Of a DNA stretch of 64,000 nucleotides, positions 43,335 to 54,700 are shown piece by piece. A program made the translations under genes and the position numbers. The DNA lies in the IMG/VR virus record IMGVR_UViG_3300048694_001252, positions 1 to 64,000 of that record. One strand, given 5' to 3'. The first letter of the stretch is position 1. Each line of letters begins with the position of its first letter. The notes beneath the pieces were generated by a model. The model was given only the letters and a program-made list of their open reading frames with translations, was not told the DNA's origin and did no database searches. This DNA is from a virus.

Positions 43335-45916
43335 CGTGGATAAAATCGCATGGGTTGTGGTGCGGGATGCGCACCATTTTCGCAGCTGGTACAGATATCA
43401 TAGCAGGTATTGGCCTGAGGTATGACTTGTTCGTAGCTGTGACTGTCTAGGTTGCCGATGATATTGTCCAGGCCATAATCCATGCAGCATAGACTAACAT
43501 CACCATTGGGCATCAGTACGTTGTGATAGAGATTTTCTACACACCCGCAGGTACGCGGACCATCGGTGTGCTTGATGCGGTTCCAACGATGCTTGATATC
43601 CATGAGCTCGGGCTTTAGTATGGCCTCACGGCTGAGATTGCCGGCTCTGTCCCACATCTGTCCCACCACAAAGGTCTGATCAAAACAATGGGCCACTGCA
43701 GGATGAACCTCACGGCCCATGCTCATGACCTTGAAGTTGGTGATGCGCTGATGATTGTCTCGGATCCATTCGCATAGTTTGATATATCGGGGTGTGATGG
43801 GATGTTTGGCCAAGAGTTCGCTGTCGGGCAAATGAAAGGTAAAACCACCATTGGGTTCGCCCACAAATGGTATATGGGCTATGCGTTCCATATCCTCGAT
43901 GCTCATGCCTATACCCGTGGTAAACACGCTGATGGGATGACCTTGCTCATGGGCATACAACACCATGTCTGAGCAGTGTCGGTTCAACCAAGGTTCTACA
44001 AAACCCGAAAATGTGATACGCACGTCTTGGGGTATTTTGTCGACCCATCGCTGGAAATCTTCCAGCTGCATGATCCGGTTGCCCTTGTAACTTTCTACCA
44101 ACAGCCGCTGGGGACAGAACACACAATCTACCGTGCATCCGCCCTGGGGCACCGAAGTGGTCACCTCCATGGTGGGAGCCGGGTGATGTTGCCAGGGTTT
44201 CTTTTGTTCCAGGGGCACACGGTTGTCGATCCACACATTGATAGCGGAATAGAATTCAATAAACCAGTCCGACCATAGATTGGGTTTGATATCCACGTAG
44301 TCCAGGCTTTCTATGCGATGCGAAGTCATTTGCCTGAGATAGGTATCACGGAAACGTCGGAATTTTTGTTTCAGTTCAGGAGTGTTGAGATGGAATTCAC
44401 CGGCGATCTTGCGCACATTGCGATTTATCCACTCAAAATTGGCATCATTGAAGATCTCGTACTCACCACCTTCGCAGTCGGTCTTGACGAAGTCTATGTG
44501 ATCCAGATCATACTGGGCCAAAATGGCCGGGAAGGCTATGGTATCCACGGGTTTGGCATCAGATCCATCGCTGATATCTACTCGAGCCGGGTCAAATAGT
44601 CCTGCTATCATGTTGGTGCCGGTGGTAGCGGCCATGGCACGATTGATCAGCGTGGCTGAAATATCCAGACGCTTGGCATTCTTCTCCAGGGTACGGAACA
44701 GATTGGACTCGGGTTCAAGACACAGGATACGTTTTATATTTTTGTTGGCCAGGCTCCATAGGAAAGGACCCGAACTGGCTCCCACATCCAGCACAGTATC
44801 ACCGGGTTCAACCGGGAAAAATTTCTGATATACGTCATGGTTGAAGATTTCATCATAGACTTGTTCCATGAACCAAGGATTGGCCTGGATGGCTCCCCAG
44901 TTGAATCCGCGAGTGTTGAGATTTTTGCCCCAGATCAAATCGTCCAACAATGTTCGTGGCATGCGTAGCACAAAAGCCGCATTGTCTTGATAACCAAAGC
45001 TGAGAGCCAGATCATCGCCCAACCAGGCAGCGCCGCAACAGAATTCGATGTCGGCGTTCATGAACGAAAAACTCGGCGTCACGCGGATCATTTCCCAGTC
45101 ACGGTTCCAGACTATGAACCTATGTCGATACACCGCATCTTTTTGACCGTGCTCGCTCTTGAATAGATCTACTTCATGGGTCAGGGCCAGATAAAATTCT
45201 CCGTAGGGTATGACTTGGCTACTGCCCCTGGGATCTGGCAAATTTGGGATGCGCGATCGCTCATCTATGAATATGGTCTTGGTCTCTTTGGTCAGGGGAT
45301 CATATCTGACCACTTCAGTGGGATTGGTCCATTTGACATAGGTGTAGGGTTGATCCAGCACCGGCATCCAGTTCTTTTCGCAATAGCTGGTGTCAGTGCC
45401 CGGGGCCGGCATGCGTTGGCGACTGATTTCCCGTAGATCTTGGATTTCGCTGAGCTCCATGCGTCCTTGTCCGTTGACCGTGGTGTCCCGGCGCACACCA
45501 GTATAGTACAGGCGTCCACACCAGCGTACCACACGCGCATCTTCTAGTCCAACAAATTCCCAGATAGGCTCCACATCCAGGGCCGAAGTGTCTATCTGAT
45601 CCACGGTCTCGATGTTGAGATTTGGGTCTAGCACGGCCAGATAATTCCAGGTGCGCAGATGGCGATCATTTTCGGGATGCAGATACTGCAAGGGCCCGTA
45701 GCGATGCTGGAATTTTTTGTTTTCGCTGTGGTACAGCGTATAGTTCACATGCCGAATATTGCATAATATGCGATCCCCGTCCACATAGATCGATGGGTTC
45801 ATGAGACCGGTACCATTGGTTTTTTCTGCTGGTATGATCAGGGGATGCAGGGAACCGCCCCGGGACAATGCTACTGATACTAGACCATTTTTCTCTACTG
45901 CTTGGGCATCATTCAT
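43331..45916 (-). CDS. Three-domain fusion: beta-propeller glycoside-hydrolase-like + FkbM methyltransferase + radical SAM/SPASM
   Basis: NPSI, EDARVV, EKNWMP; VLDVGASSG, KTDCEGGE; CTVDCVFC, FSGFVEP, GDVSLCCMD, C..C. Confidence 0.8.
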   Translation of the reverse strand: MNDAQAVEKNGLVSVALSRGGSLHPLIIPAEKTNGTGLMNPSIYVDGDRILCNIRHVNYTLYHSENKKFQHRYGPLQYLHPENDRHLRTWNYLAVLDPNLNIETVDQIDTSALDVEPIWEFVGLEDARVVRWCGRLYYTGVRRDTTVNGQGRMELSEIQDLREISRQRMPAPGTDTSYCEKNWMPVLDQPYTYVKWTNPTEVVRYDPLTKETKTIFIDERSRIPNLPDPRGSSQVIPYGEFYLALTHEVDLFKSEHGQKDAVYRHRFIVWNRDWEMIRVTPSFSFMNADIEFCCGAAWLGDDLALSFGYQDNAAFVLRMPRTLLDDLIWGKNLNTRGFNWGAIQANPWFMEQVYDEIFNHDVYQKFFPVEPGDTVLDVGASSGPFLWSLANKNIKRILCLEPESNLFRTLEKNAKRLDISATLINRAMAATTGTNMIAGLFDPARVDISDGSDAKPVDTIAFPAILAQYDLDHIDFVKTDCEGGEYEIFNDANFEWINRNVRKIAGEFHLNTPELKQKFRRFRDTYLRQMTSHRIESLDYVDIKPNLWSDWFIEFYSAINVWIDNRVPLEQKKPWQHHPAPTMEVTTSVPQGGCTVDCVFCPQRLLVESYKGNRIMQLEDFQRWVDKIPQDVRITFSGFVEPWLNRHCSDMVLYAHEQGHPISVFTTGIGMSIEDMERIAHIPFVGEPNGGFTFHLPDSELLAKHPITPRYIKLCEWIRDNHQRITNFKVMSMGREVHPAVAHCFDQTFVVGQMWDRAGNLSREAILKPELMDIKHRWNRIKHTDGPRTCGCVENLYHNVLMPNGDVSLCCMDYGLDNIIGNLDSHSYEQVIPQANTCYDICTSCENGAHPAPQPMRFYPR

Positions 45917-45979
45917 ATGTTTAGTTATAATGCCAAGCGTGGATGCCTATAATTTCCGTCTAGATTAGATATTTTGAGT

Positions 45980-48900
45980 TTATAATCTTCCTACAACAAT
46001 CTCGATCATTCCGCTAGTGCCGGCAAAATCTTCGAGCGCTTTGCCAATCACAGTGCCCATGGCCGGTTGACTACAGGCTGTGGCTGTGCCATCACCATGA
46101 CTGATCATCATATCACCTTTTCTTACTTGACCTGTGACCGATGTTGGTACTCGACCAGTCAATGCAACCGCAGTGGCATAGGGGTCTGACATCACGGAAT
46201 TCATGACATAGCTGGGATTGGTTGAAACTACCCCAGCCACGCGATTATCACTGTATACGTCACTCATGGTAACTTCTTTGTTGCCACCAAAACTCAAAAC
46301 CGTTCCAGGCAAATACTCTTGATCGGCCGCATAAATCTCGGCCAAGTCAGCGTATTGAGCCGAAGTGGCTTTGGCAAATACAGTATTGAAATACCCGGTG
46401 GCATTACCGATGTTGCCCACACCATTGGCTTGACCGTTGGTTATGTCCGTGTTGACCTGGATCGTACCCGTGCCCGTGGGTGTAAGGAATACCCAGGCAT
46501 TGGCCGCAGTACTGGTTATGGTGACATTACCGGTGCCATTGAGAGCAGCCGATATAACATTACCACCCGTGATGTTACCGGTCACTGATACTGTGGTACC
46601 TGTATGTGTGGTCGCATTGACGTTGGCACCACCCAAGACGTTACCACCCGTGATATTACCAGCCACGCTCAATGCTGATCCACCGGTATTGGCTATGGCC
46701 ACTGTGGTGGCTGTGTTGAATGTCACTGTGCCAGCTGCTGTTGTAGCTGTGACTGGTCCTATGGCTATAGTGGTAGTTGATCCTGCCAGTCCACCCACAC
46801 CAACGTTGATGGTTTTGGTATTACCAGTTCCCGTTGCACCAGTAGATATATTGGCTGTCTGGCTGGCCGTGCTCTGACCAATAGTGATAAAACCGGTCTG
46901 ACTAGTACCTCCCAATGTAATACTACCTGTGGTTTGGCTGGTACCTATGTTGATAGACAAGTTAGTAGCTGAGAAGGTAACTGCACCAGCAGCGGTTACG
47001 GCACCACTGACGCTGATGCTGGCACCACTGATGGCCGCCACAGATATGACGTTACCACCTGTGACGTTACCAGTAATGTTGAGTGCAGATACCACGTTAC
47101 CGGTCAAACTCAAACCAGCAGCATTGAGGTTACCACCCGTGATGTTACCGGTACCCGAAACGATACCTGAGCCAAACAGAACGTTGCCACCTGTGATGTT
47201 GGCTGTTACTGATACTGTGGTACCTGTGTGTGTGGTCGCATTGACGTTGGCACCACCCAAGACGTTGCCACCCGTGATGTTACCAGTACCCGAAACGATA
47301 CCTGAGCCAAATAGAACGTTACCGCCGGTGATGTTACCAGTGCCCGAAACTATACCTGAGCCAAATAGAACGTTACCACCTGTGATGTTACCAGTGGCCG
47401 ATATGAGACCCGCAGTGGTCACATTACCGCCTATGACGTTGGCCACTGCACTGACTGTGCCCGCGGTTATGACACCGTACGAGGCCGCAGCCGTTGTAGT
47501 AAACGGCGTCATGGGGTTCCAATAAAGGTTAGTAGTCGGCGTTGTTACGAAGTTATTGGTACTGGAATCTTTGATATAGTTTACTGACGTGGCCGCGGAC
47601 AGCAACAATTGAGTGTTGGCTATAGCCGTCAATGGTGCGGTGGACGGGGTAAACGCAGCGGTATAGACCGCGGTGCCTTTGACCGCTCTAAGATTTGTTA
47701 CATATCCTACTAATTTTCCACCAAACGTATCACCATAGGCTCCCAATGCGGGTCGTCCACTGGGGCATGTGTAACTGTTAGAATCTGTATAAGTCGAACC
47801 CGACTGCGCACCATTGATCCAAAGTTTGGTGCTGCCCGATTGTCGACTAACAGCCACATGTGTCCAAGCATTGGTAGTCACAGCGCCACCAGTTATAGCA
47901 GTGGTCGCTCCAAATTGGAAAGTCCATGATCCCGTCTGACCATTGACCACGGGTGAGACGTCAGCTGTGGAGGTCCTTTGGTCATAGACCACACCGGCTG
48001 TGAGCACGTAGACCCAAAATTCTATAGTAAAATCACCGGTACCAAAGGCCAATGCTGTGGTTCCGGCAGCCACGGTGGCATAGTCCCCGCCACTGAAATA
48101 CAGACTACCGCCAATGCCGGAACCTACCAATATGTTACCAGCCAGCACATTGCCGGCTATGCTGAGTGCGGCTTGCCCAGTGTTGGCCAAAATCGTAGTG
48201 GTACCATCATTGATAGCGAAAGTGGCGTTACCAGTTACTGGACCCAATGACATGGTAGTGAGCGAATTTGCTGCTCCGGCTGTGCCAATATTGATATTTT
48301 TGAATCGGGCGGAAGCTGTGACTCCAGAAAACAAGTTACCGGTCTGATTGGCCGTGCTCTGACCAATTAGAATCAAACCAGTTCCCGATGTGCCACCCAC
48401 AGTGAACGTACCTGTGGTTTGGCTGGTACCTATGTTGATGGTACCGGTAGTGGTTGTAAATCCTACGTTACCACCAGCACTGATATCTGTGGTCGCTATG
48501 ATATTACCACCCGTGATGTTGCCGGCCGCGCTCAGTGCTGATCCACCGGTATTGGCTATGGCCACTGTGGTGGCTGTGTTGAATGTCACCGTAGCCGCAG
48601 CAGTGGTGGCTGTGACTGGTCCAATAGCGATGGTAGTAGTAGATCCTGCCAGTCCACCCACACCAATATTGATGGCCTTGGTGGTGGCTGTAGCTGTGGC
48701 ACCAGTGGCTATATTACAGGTCTGGGCACCTGTGCTTTGACCGATCAAGAGTAGTCCTGTTTGCGCCGTGCCGCCCAGTGTCAAAGTACCTGTGGTTTGA
48801 CTGGTACCTATGTTGATGGCACCGGTGGTAGTTGAGTAGGTCACTGCACCTGCACCGGTTGTGGCACCACTGACGCTGATGCTGGCACCGCTGATGGCCG

Positions 48901-49399
48901 CCACAGATATGACATTGCCACCAGTGACGTTGCTGGTAACGTTGAGAGCAGATAATACGTTACCGGTCAAACTCAAACCAGCAGCATTGACGTTGCCAGC
49001 CGTGACGTTGCCTGTGGCTGACATAAGACCCACAGTTGTAACGTTACCTGCGATTACGTTGCCCGACGAAGAAACTGTGACACCTTGCACCAGGGTAGTA
49101 GCGATTATGTTGCCACCCGTGACATTACCAGTGGCCGATATGAGACCCGCGGTGGTCACATTACCACCTATGACGTTGCTGGTAGCTGATACAACGCCTG
49201 CTGTGTTGATGTTGCTGCCTGTGACGTTGCCTACCGCGCTTATGGTATTAGCAAAGTTGGCATTTTGGGTATTGGTCAGCGTGAGGGCCGTGGTACCACC
49301 AGTGCCAGTATCATTGGTTTTGATTACCAAATTGCCCGTGGTATCGCCCAATTGTATAAATGAAGTAGTTGACAGTGTGCCTACGCTGATATTGCTCAT
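45980..49399 (-). CDS. Tail fibre-like protein: GNITGGN repeats, LamG/ConA-like domain, C-terminal intramolecular-chaperone-like domain
   Basis: GDFTIEFW, WTHVAVSR, KGTAVYTAAFTP; C-terminal YADLAE.Y..D..Y.PGTV...IGKALE. Confidence 0.8.
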   Translation of the reverse strand: MSNISVGTLSTTSFIQLGDTTGNLVIKTNDTGTGGTTALTLTNTQNANFANTISAVGNVTGSNINTAGVVSATSNVIGGNVTTAGLISATGNVTGGNIIATTLVQGVTVSSSGNVIAGNVTTVGLMSATGNVTAGNVNAAGLSLTGNVLSALNVTSNVTGGNVISVAAISGASISVSGATTGAGAVTYSTTTGAINIGTSQTTGTLTLGGTAQTGLLLIGQSTGAQTCNIATGATATATTKAINIGVGGLAGSTTTIAIGPVTATTAAATVTFNTATTVAIANTGGSALSAAGNITGGNIIATTDISAGGNVGFTTTTGTINIGTSQTTGTFTVGGTSGTGLILIGQSTANQTGNLFSGVTASARFKNINIGTAGAANSLTTMSLGPVTGNATFAINDGTTTILANTGQAALSIAGNVLAGNILVGSGIGGSLYFSGGDYATVAAGTTALAFGTGDFTIEFWVYVLTAGVVYDQRTSTADVSPVVNGQTGSWTFQFGATTAITGGAVTTNAWTHVAVSRQSGSTKLWINGAQSGSTYTDSNSYTCPSGRPALGAYGDTFGGKLVGYVTNLRAVKGTAVYTAAFTPSTAPLTAIANTQLLLSAATSVNYIKDSSTNNFVTTPTTNLYWNPMTPFTTTAAASYGVITAGTVSAVANVIGGNVTTAGLISATGNITGGNVLFGSGIVSGTGNITGGNVLFGSGIVSGTGNITGGNVLGGANVNATTHTGTTVSVTANITGGNVLFGSGIVSGTGNITGGNLNAAGLSLTGNVVSALNITGNVTGGNVISVAAISGASISVSGAVTAAGAVTFSATNLSINIGTSQTTGSITLGGTSQTGFITIGQSTASQTANISTGATGTGNTKTINVGVGGLAGSTTTIAIGPVTATTAAGTVTFNTATTVAIANTGGSALSVAGNITGGNVLGGANVNATTHTGTTVSVTGNITGGNVISAALNGTGNVTITSTAANAWVFLTPTGTGTIQVNTDITNGQANGVGNIGNATGYFNTVFAKATSAQYADLAEIYAADQEYLPGTVLSFGGNKEVTMSDVYSDNRVAGVVSTNPSYVMNSVMSDPYATAVALTGRVPTSVTGQVRKGDMMISHGDGTATACSQPAMGTVIGKALEDFAGTSGMIEIVVGRL

Positions 49400-49441
49400 C
49401 TGTGTGCCTTTATATTACTTATCTGGGTCGCGATCATATGG

Positions 49442-50206
49442 TTAGGCCCAAGTTCCCACGCTGATATTTGCCCCAGCAGCCCCCAGCGGCGTGAGACAAA
49501 ACCACGATCCTTTTAGCACCGAGGATGTTACCCCAGGGGCCACAGAGTACTGCATCTGGGGTATGAAAGTGCCGCCGGCGTTGATACTCACTGTACCATG
49601 TATGGTCATCGAACTAGCTTCACTGGATCCCGATCCCGCTGCTGCGGTCATACTGGCAGTGTTTATTATGGTTTGTACCGGACTAATATCTACTAGATTG
49701 ATTGTGCTAGCCGACGTGTTGATCAAATAGGGAAAATCATATAAAATGTAGTTTATCGTGGCAGTACCACCAAAACCCAAATTGATAGCCATGGAGGCTA
49801 TGCCGGCTGTTGCCAAAATGACCAGCTGCGCCTGTATCTCATATACGGTATTTGCGCTCAACGTAATTCCAGCATTGAAGATGCTTTGTATAGACGTATC
49901 ATTGGACAGAGCTCGATTGGAGTTCAAATAATACACCAAATTACTGGGCATGATGCCCCGTTGTGTACCTTGTGGTGTCACATAAGGTATCCGGCCGTCA
50001 TATTCCCAACTGCCCGCAGCGGCAGTGGTAAGATTGCTGCCGGAACTGAAAGTCAACGGAGCTTGGCTATTGGTACCGGCTGCCAACACAGTATTGGCAA
50101 TCAATGTGCCGCTGACCGATGGCAATGTGATGTTACCGCTGCCTGAAGCTGCTGGCGTTATGGTAATAGATCCACTGGTGTCACCGGAAAGAATTATATT
50201 GCTCAT
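49442..50206 (-). CDS. Fibre-associated protein, tandem paralogue 3
   Basis: [46 protein letters not shown]. Confidence 0.75.
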   Translation of the reverse strand: MSNIILSGDTSGSITITPAASGSGNITLPSVSGTLIANTVLAAGTNSQAPLTFSSGSNLTTAAAGSWEYDGRIPYVTPQGTQRGIMPSNLVYYLNSNRALSNDTSIQSIFNAGITLSANTVYEIQAQLVILATAGIASMAINLGFGGTATINYILYDFPYLINTSASTINLVDISPVQTIINTASMTAAAGSGSSEASSMTIHGTVSINAGGTFIPQMQYSVAPGVTSSVLKGSWFCLTPLGAAGANISVGTWA

Positions 50207-50961
50207 ACCCAAGGTCCCACACTGACATTGCCTGTGGTTCCCACTGGTGTGAATTTGATAAAAGAACCGATATTCACAGTATAGGTGCCGCCTGGCGCGC
50301 GATTGGCATTGTAATTGGGGATAAAAGTACCACCGGCATTGGTAGTCACTGATCCGCGTAGCATTACAGGAGCATTGACCGAGGTGGTTATGGCTGTGGT
50401 CACATTGGCAGTCGTGGATACATTAGCACTGGCCTGTGTCAGGTTACCATTATCAAATGCCGCACCAGAGGCGCTGTACATGACACCGGCCTGATAAATG
50501 ATATTATTCAATGTGGCTGTACCAGTAAAAGAAAACTGTATGACATGTGATGTAGTACCACCCGCTCTGCTCAAATAAATCAATGCATCCATCATGTAAC
50601 TGGTATTGGCACTCAGCGTGACTCCCACACCAAATATAGATCTTACCGTGGCGTCATTGCCTCCAGCGATGCCACTATTGAGCCAATATAGTTGGGCAGT
50701 GGGCAATACTCCGCGTTCACTGGCCTGCCCGGTATTATAAAACACTGTACCGTCATACTCCAGGCTGCCGGCTGTGGCAGTGGTTAGATTGGATCCGCTG
50801 GTAAATTTTAGAGGTGCTGTGGTGGTGTTGCCTGCTGTGAGCGAGGTAGTCAAGATATTGGCAGTACCTGTGGGCAACGTGAGTATCGCTGTGCCAGCTA
50901 TGGCTTGTGGACTCAGCACAACATTACCGCCAACACTGTCTGATATGGTCAGTTTACTCAT
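50203..50961 (-). CDS. Fibre-associated protein, tandem paralogue 2
   Basis: Same motifs; ATGA overlaps. Confidence 0.75.
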   Translation of the reverse strand: MSKLTISDSVGGNVVLSPQAIAGTAILTLPTGTANILTTSLTAGNTTTAPLKFTSGSNLTTATAGSLEYDGTVFYNTGQASERGVLPTAQLYWLNSGIAGGNDATVRSIFGVGVTLSANTSYMMDALIYLSRAGGTTSHVIQFSFTGTATLNNIIYQAGVMYSASGAAFDNGNLTQASANVSTTANVTTAITTSVNAPVMLRGSVTTNAGGTFIPNYNANRAPGGTYTVNIGSFIKFTPVGTTGNVSVGPWV

Positions 50962-51710
50962 GCCCAAGACCCAATTGAGATGTTGGAACCACTGGCCCCT
51001 ATGGGATATATGCTGAAGAAACTACCCGCTTGCAAAGTATAAAATGCTGTGGGCGTATTTTGTGATTGTTGTGGTATAAACGTACCCCCGGCGTTGACAC
51101 TCACTGTCCCACGCAACCACAACGTCACAGTTTGGAAATTAGCTGATGCCATCAGAGCAGTCATGGCCGTGGTCGTTGAAAAAGCTGCGCTGGATGAACT
51201 ATCAACCAAAGGTATAGTTGAGGATGAATGTATACATTCAGCACAGTATAAAATATTATTCACCGTGGCTGTACCACCAAACCCAAAACTCACAATGTTG
51301 GCTGCACTGGCAGATCGAGAAAATACCATCTCGGCTTCCATGACATACACCGTGCCCGACGACAGTGTCACACCTACACCAAACACGCTATTGGTACCGG
51401 ACCCTACAGGATATGACCGGTTTGAATTGATACAAAAATACTGCATGCCCGGGATGATCCCCCTAAGAGCTCCGCTGGGAGTACCATAAAAACCTTGACC
51501 ATCGTATTCAATAGATCCAGCAGTGGCCGTGGTCAAGAGGTTACCTGAAGCAAAACTAAGTGGGGCGGCAGAGACATTGCCGGGATTGAGTACATTGCTG
51601 AGCAATGTGACATTGCCACTGGGCAATGTCAGTGTACCGGCTCCGGCCGCAGCTGGTGCTTGCAATGTGACCGATCCACTGGTATCTCCGGCTATGGTTA
51701 CTGCGCTCAC
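50958..51710 (-). CDS. Fibre-associated protein, tandem paralogue 1 (GTG start)
   Basis: Same motifs; GTGA overlap with the collagen gene. Confidence 0.75.
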   Translation of the reverse strand: MSAVTIAGDTSGSVTLQAPAAAGAGTLTLPSGNVTLLSNVLNPGNVSAAPLSFASGNLLTTATAGSIEYDGQGFYGTPSGALRGIIPGMQYFCINSNRSYPVGSGTNSVFGVGVTLSSGTVYVMEAEMVFSRSASAANIVSFGFGGTATVNNILYCAECIHSSSTIPLVDSSSSAAFSTTTAMTALMASANFQTVTLWLRGTVSVNAGGTFIPQQSQNTPTAFYTLQAGSFFSIYPIGASGSNISIGSWA

Positions 51711-54700
51711 AGAATCACCCATCTCTGTCCAGATGCCACAGTGACACTGACGTTGTTGGCTGTGGTAATAGGTCCGATACTAAGAGCGTTATAACCCGAT
51801 CCCACAGTATAGTTGGCTGTGATAGTGTTCGCTGTGAGTAGTAGTCCATTGGTTGCCAAGAACACCGAACTAGAAAATGTTCCCAATGAAGTCAAGTTGC
51901 CGCCGGTAATATTGCCTGTCACGCTGAGCGCATTACTGGTGGCGTTATAAACAAATCCTGCTGTTGAAACGTTGGCCAACTGGTCAACTCCAGCTGCTCC
52001 TACCATAACCGGATAAAGATTAGCGGTAGTGGTATTATTGGTAGCGTTGATTGTATTGGCCGATCCACCGCCCCCACCGCTAGGACCTTGGGCTCCTTGC
52101 GTACCCAAAGTACCTTGTGTGCCTGTGGCACCTTGCGTACCCGCCCCTGTAGCACCTTGCGTACCTGTACCTGTGGCACCTTGCGTACCTGTACCTGTGG
52201 CACCTTGTGCACCAGTGGCGCCCTGTGTACCTGCCCCTGTAGCACCTTGTGCTCCGGTCACGCCCTGAGCGCCTGTAGCGCCTTGCGCGCCAGTTGATCC
52301 TTGTGCGCCAGTTGTGCCTTGAGTTCCCGTGGTTCCTTGCGCACCTGTTACACCTTGAGCCCCGGTAGCGCCCTGCGCACCATCTGTGCCCTGTGCACCT
52401 ATTGTGCCCTGTGCACCTGTTGTGCCCTGTGCACCTGTGGTTCCTTGAGCTCCGGTTGTGCCTTGTGTGCCATTTGTTCCACTAGTACCCTGTGCACCTG
52501 TGGTGCCTTGAGCACCTGTTGTACCTTGTGTGCCATCCGTGCCTTGTGTACCTGTTGTGCCTTGCGCACCTGTTGTGCCCTGTGCACCTGTGGTGCCTTG
52601 AGCACCCGTGATGCCTTGTGTACCTGTGGTACCTGTTGTGCCTTGTGCGCCCGTAGCACCCTGTGCACCTGTGGTGCCTTGAGCACCTGTGGTGCCTTGT
52701 GTACCTGTGGTACCCGTGGTGCCTTGTGCGCCCGTAGCACCCTGTGCACCTGTTGTGCCTTGAGCACCAGTTGTGCCTTGAGCACCTGTTGTGCCTTGTG
52801 TACCTGTGGTGCCCGTTGTGCCTTGTGCACCCGTAGCGCCCTGTGCACCTGTGGTGCCTTGAGCACCTGTGGTGCCTTGAGCACCCGTGATGCCTTGTGT
52901 ACCTGTGGTACCTCTTGTGCCTTGCGCTCCAATCGTGCCTTGTACTCCCTGTGCACCTGTAGTGCCTTGTGCACCCGTGATGCCTTGCGCTCCAATCGTG
53001 CCTTGTACTCCCTGTGCACCTGTAGTGCCTTGTGCACCCGTGGTGCCTTGTGCACCTGTGGTGCCCTGTGTACCTGTTGTGCCTTGAGTGCCCGTGATGC
53101 CTTGCACGCCTTGTGCGCCTGTGGCACCTTGCGTACCGGCTGTGCCTTGAGCCCCGCTGACCAAGGCCACAAACAGAGTACTGTTATCAGCAAAATTGCT
53201 TGATCCGGTACCGCCTGATCCCAACAACATAACCGGATAGGTCCAGTAGTTGTTGGTAACAGTACTGGGTGTGCCATTTATCTGCCAGCGTTGATAATTG
53301 GCACTGTTGGCTCGATCCTGTATGGTTATTACTTCGGTATTCTGGATCAGAGCCAAGAATATGTCAATGTCCTGACCATCATCTGTGAGGTGATCAATAT
53401 TGATAGATGTGGCACTGGTCTGGGCCAAGTTATTCCAGATTACCTTGCCATCACCTGGATCACCACTGGTACTACCAGTATTGGCTCGATAATTGAATAG
53501 GTTGCTACTGCTACCTTGATTACCTTGCGTACCCTGTGTGCCTGTAGCACCCTGTGTGCCTTGAATGCCTTGAGTACCCGTGATGCCTTGCACGCCTTGT
53601 GCACCTGTGGTGCCTTGGGCACCTGTGATGCCTTGAGTGCCTTGTATACCCGTGGTTCCTTGTACACCTTGTGTGCCTGTAGTGCCTTGTGCACCCGTGG
53701 TGCCTTGTGCACCTGTTGTGCCCTGAGCACCTGTTGTGCCTTGTGTACCTAGAGTGCCTTGAGCACCTTGGGTGCCTTGTGCGCCTGTGGCGCCTTGTGC
53801 GCCTGTGGTACCTGTTGTGCCCTGAGTACCTGTGGTGCCTTGTGTGCCATTTGTTCCTGCAGTACCCTGTGTACCATCTGTGCCCTGTGCACCTGTTGTG
53901 CCCTGAGCACCTGTTGTGCCTTGTGTACCTGTTGTGCCTTGTGTACCTGTGGTGCCTTGTGTACCTGTGGTACCTGTTGTGCCTTGGGCTCCGGTTGTGC
54001 CTTGTGTGCCTGTGGTACCTTGTGTACCTGCGGTACCTTGTGAGCCAGTGGTACCTTGATTGCCCGCAGTGCCTTGCGTACCAGTTTGTCCTTGGATGCC
54101 CGTGGTGCCTTGAGCACCTGTGGTACCCTGTGCACCTGTTACCCCTTGAACGCCTTGTGTACCTGTAGTGCCTTGTGCACCCGTGGCGCCTTGAGCTCCG
54201 GTTATACCTTGTGTGCCATCCGTGCCTTGTGTACCTGTGGCACCTTGAGTACCTGTGATGCCTTGAGTACCTACAGTGCCTTGCACGCCTTGCAAGCCCA
54301 CAGTGCCTTGTGCACCCTGTACACCCTGTGTGCCGAGAATGCCTTGGAGACCCTGTGTACCTAGAGTACCTTGTACACCCTGAGTACCTACAGTTCCTTG
54401 CACACCTTGTGTGCCTTGAACACCCTGTGTGCCCGTAGTACCTTGTGAGCCAGTTGCGCCTTGAGCACCCACGGTGCCTTGGCTACCAATCACGCCCTGC
54501 GCACCTGTGACGCCTTGAGCACCTGTGGTACCTTGTGCGCCTGTGGTACCTTGAGTGCCTTGACTACCTGTGGTGCCTTGTGTGCCGTCTGTGCCCTGAC
54601 TACCGGTAGTGCCCTGTGTACCCGTTGTGCCTTGAGCACCTGTGACGCCTTGAGCACCTGTGACGCCTTGATTACCAATTATGCCCTGGAGACCTTGTGT

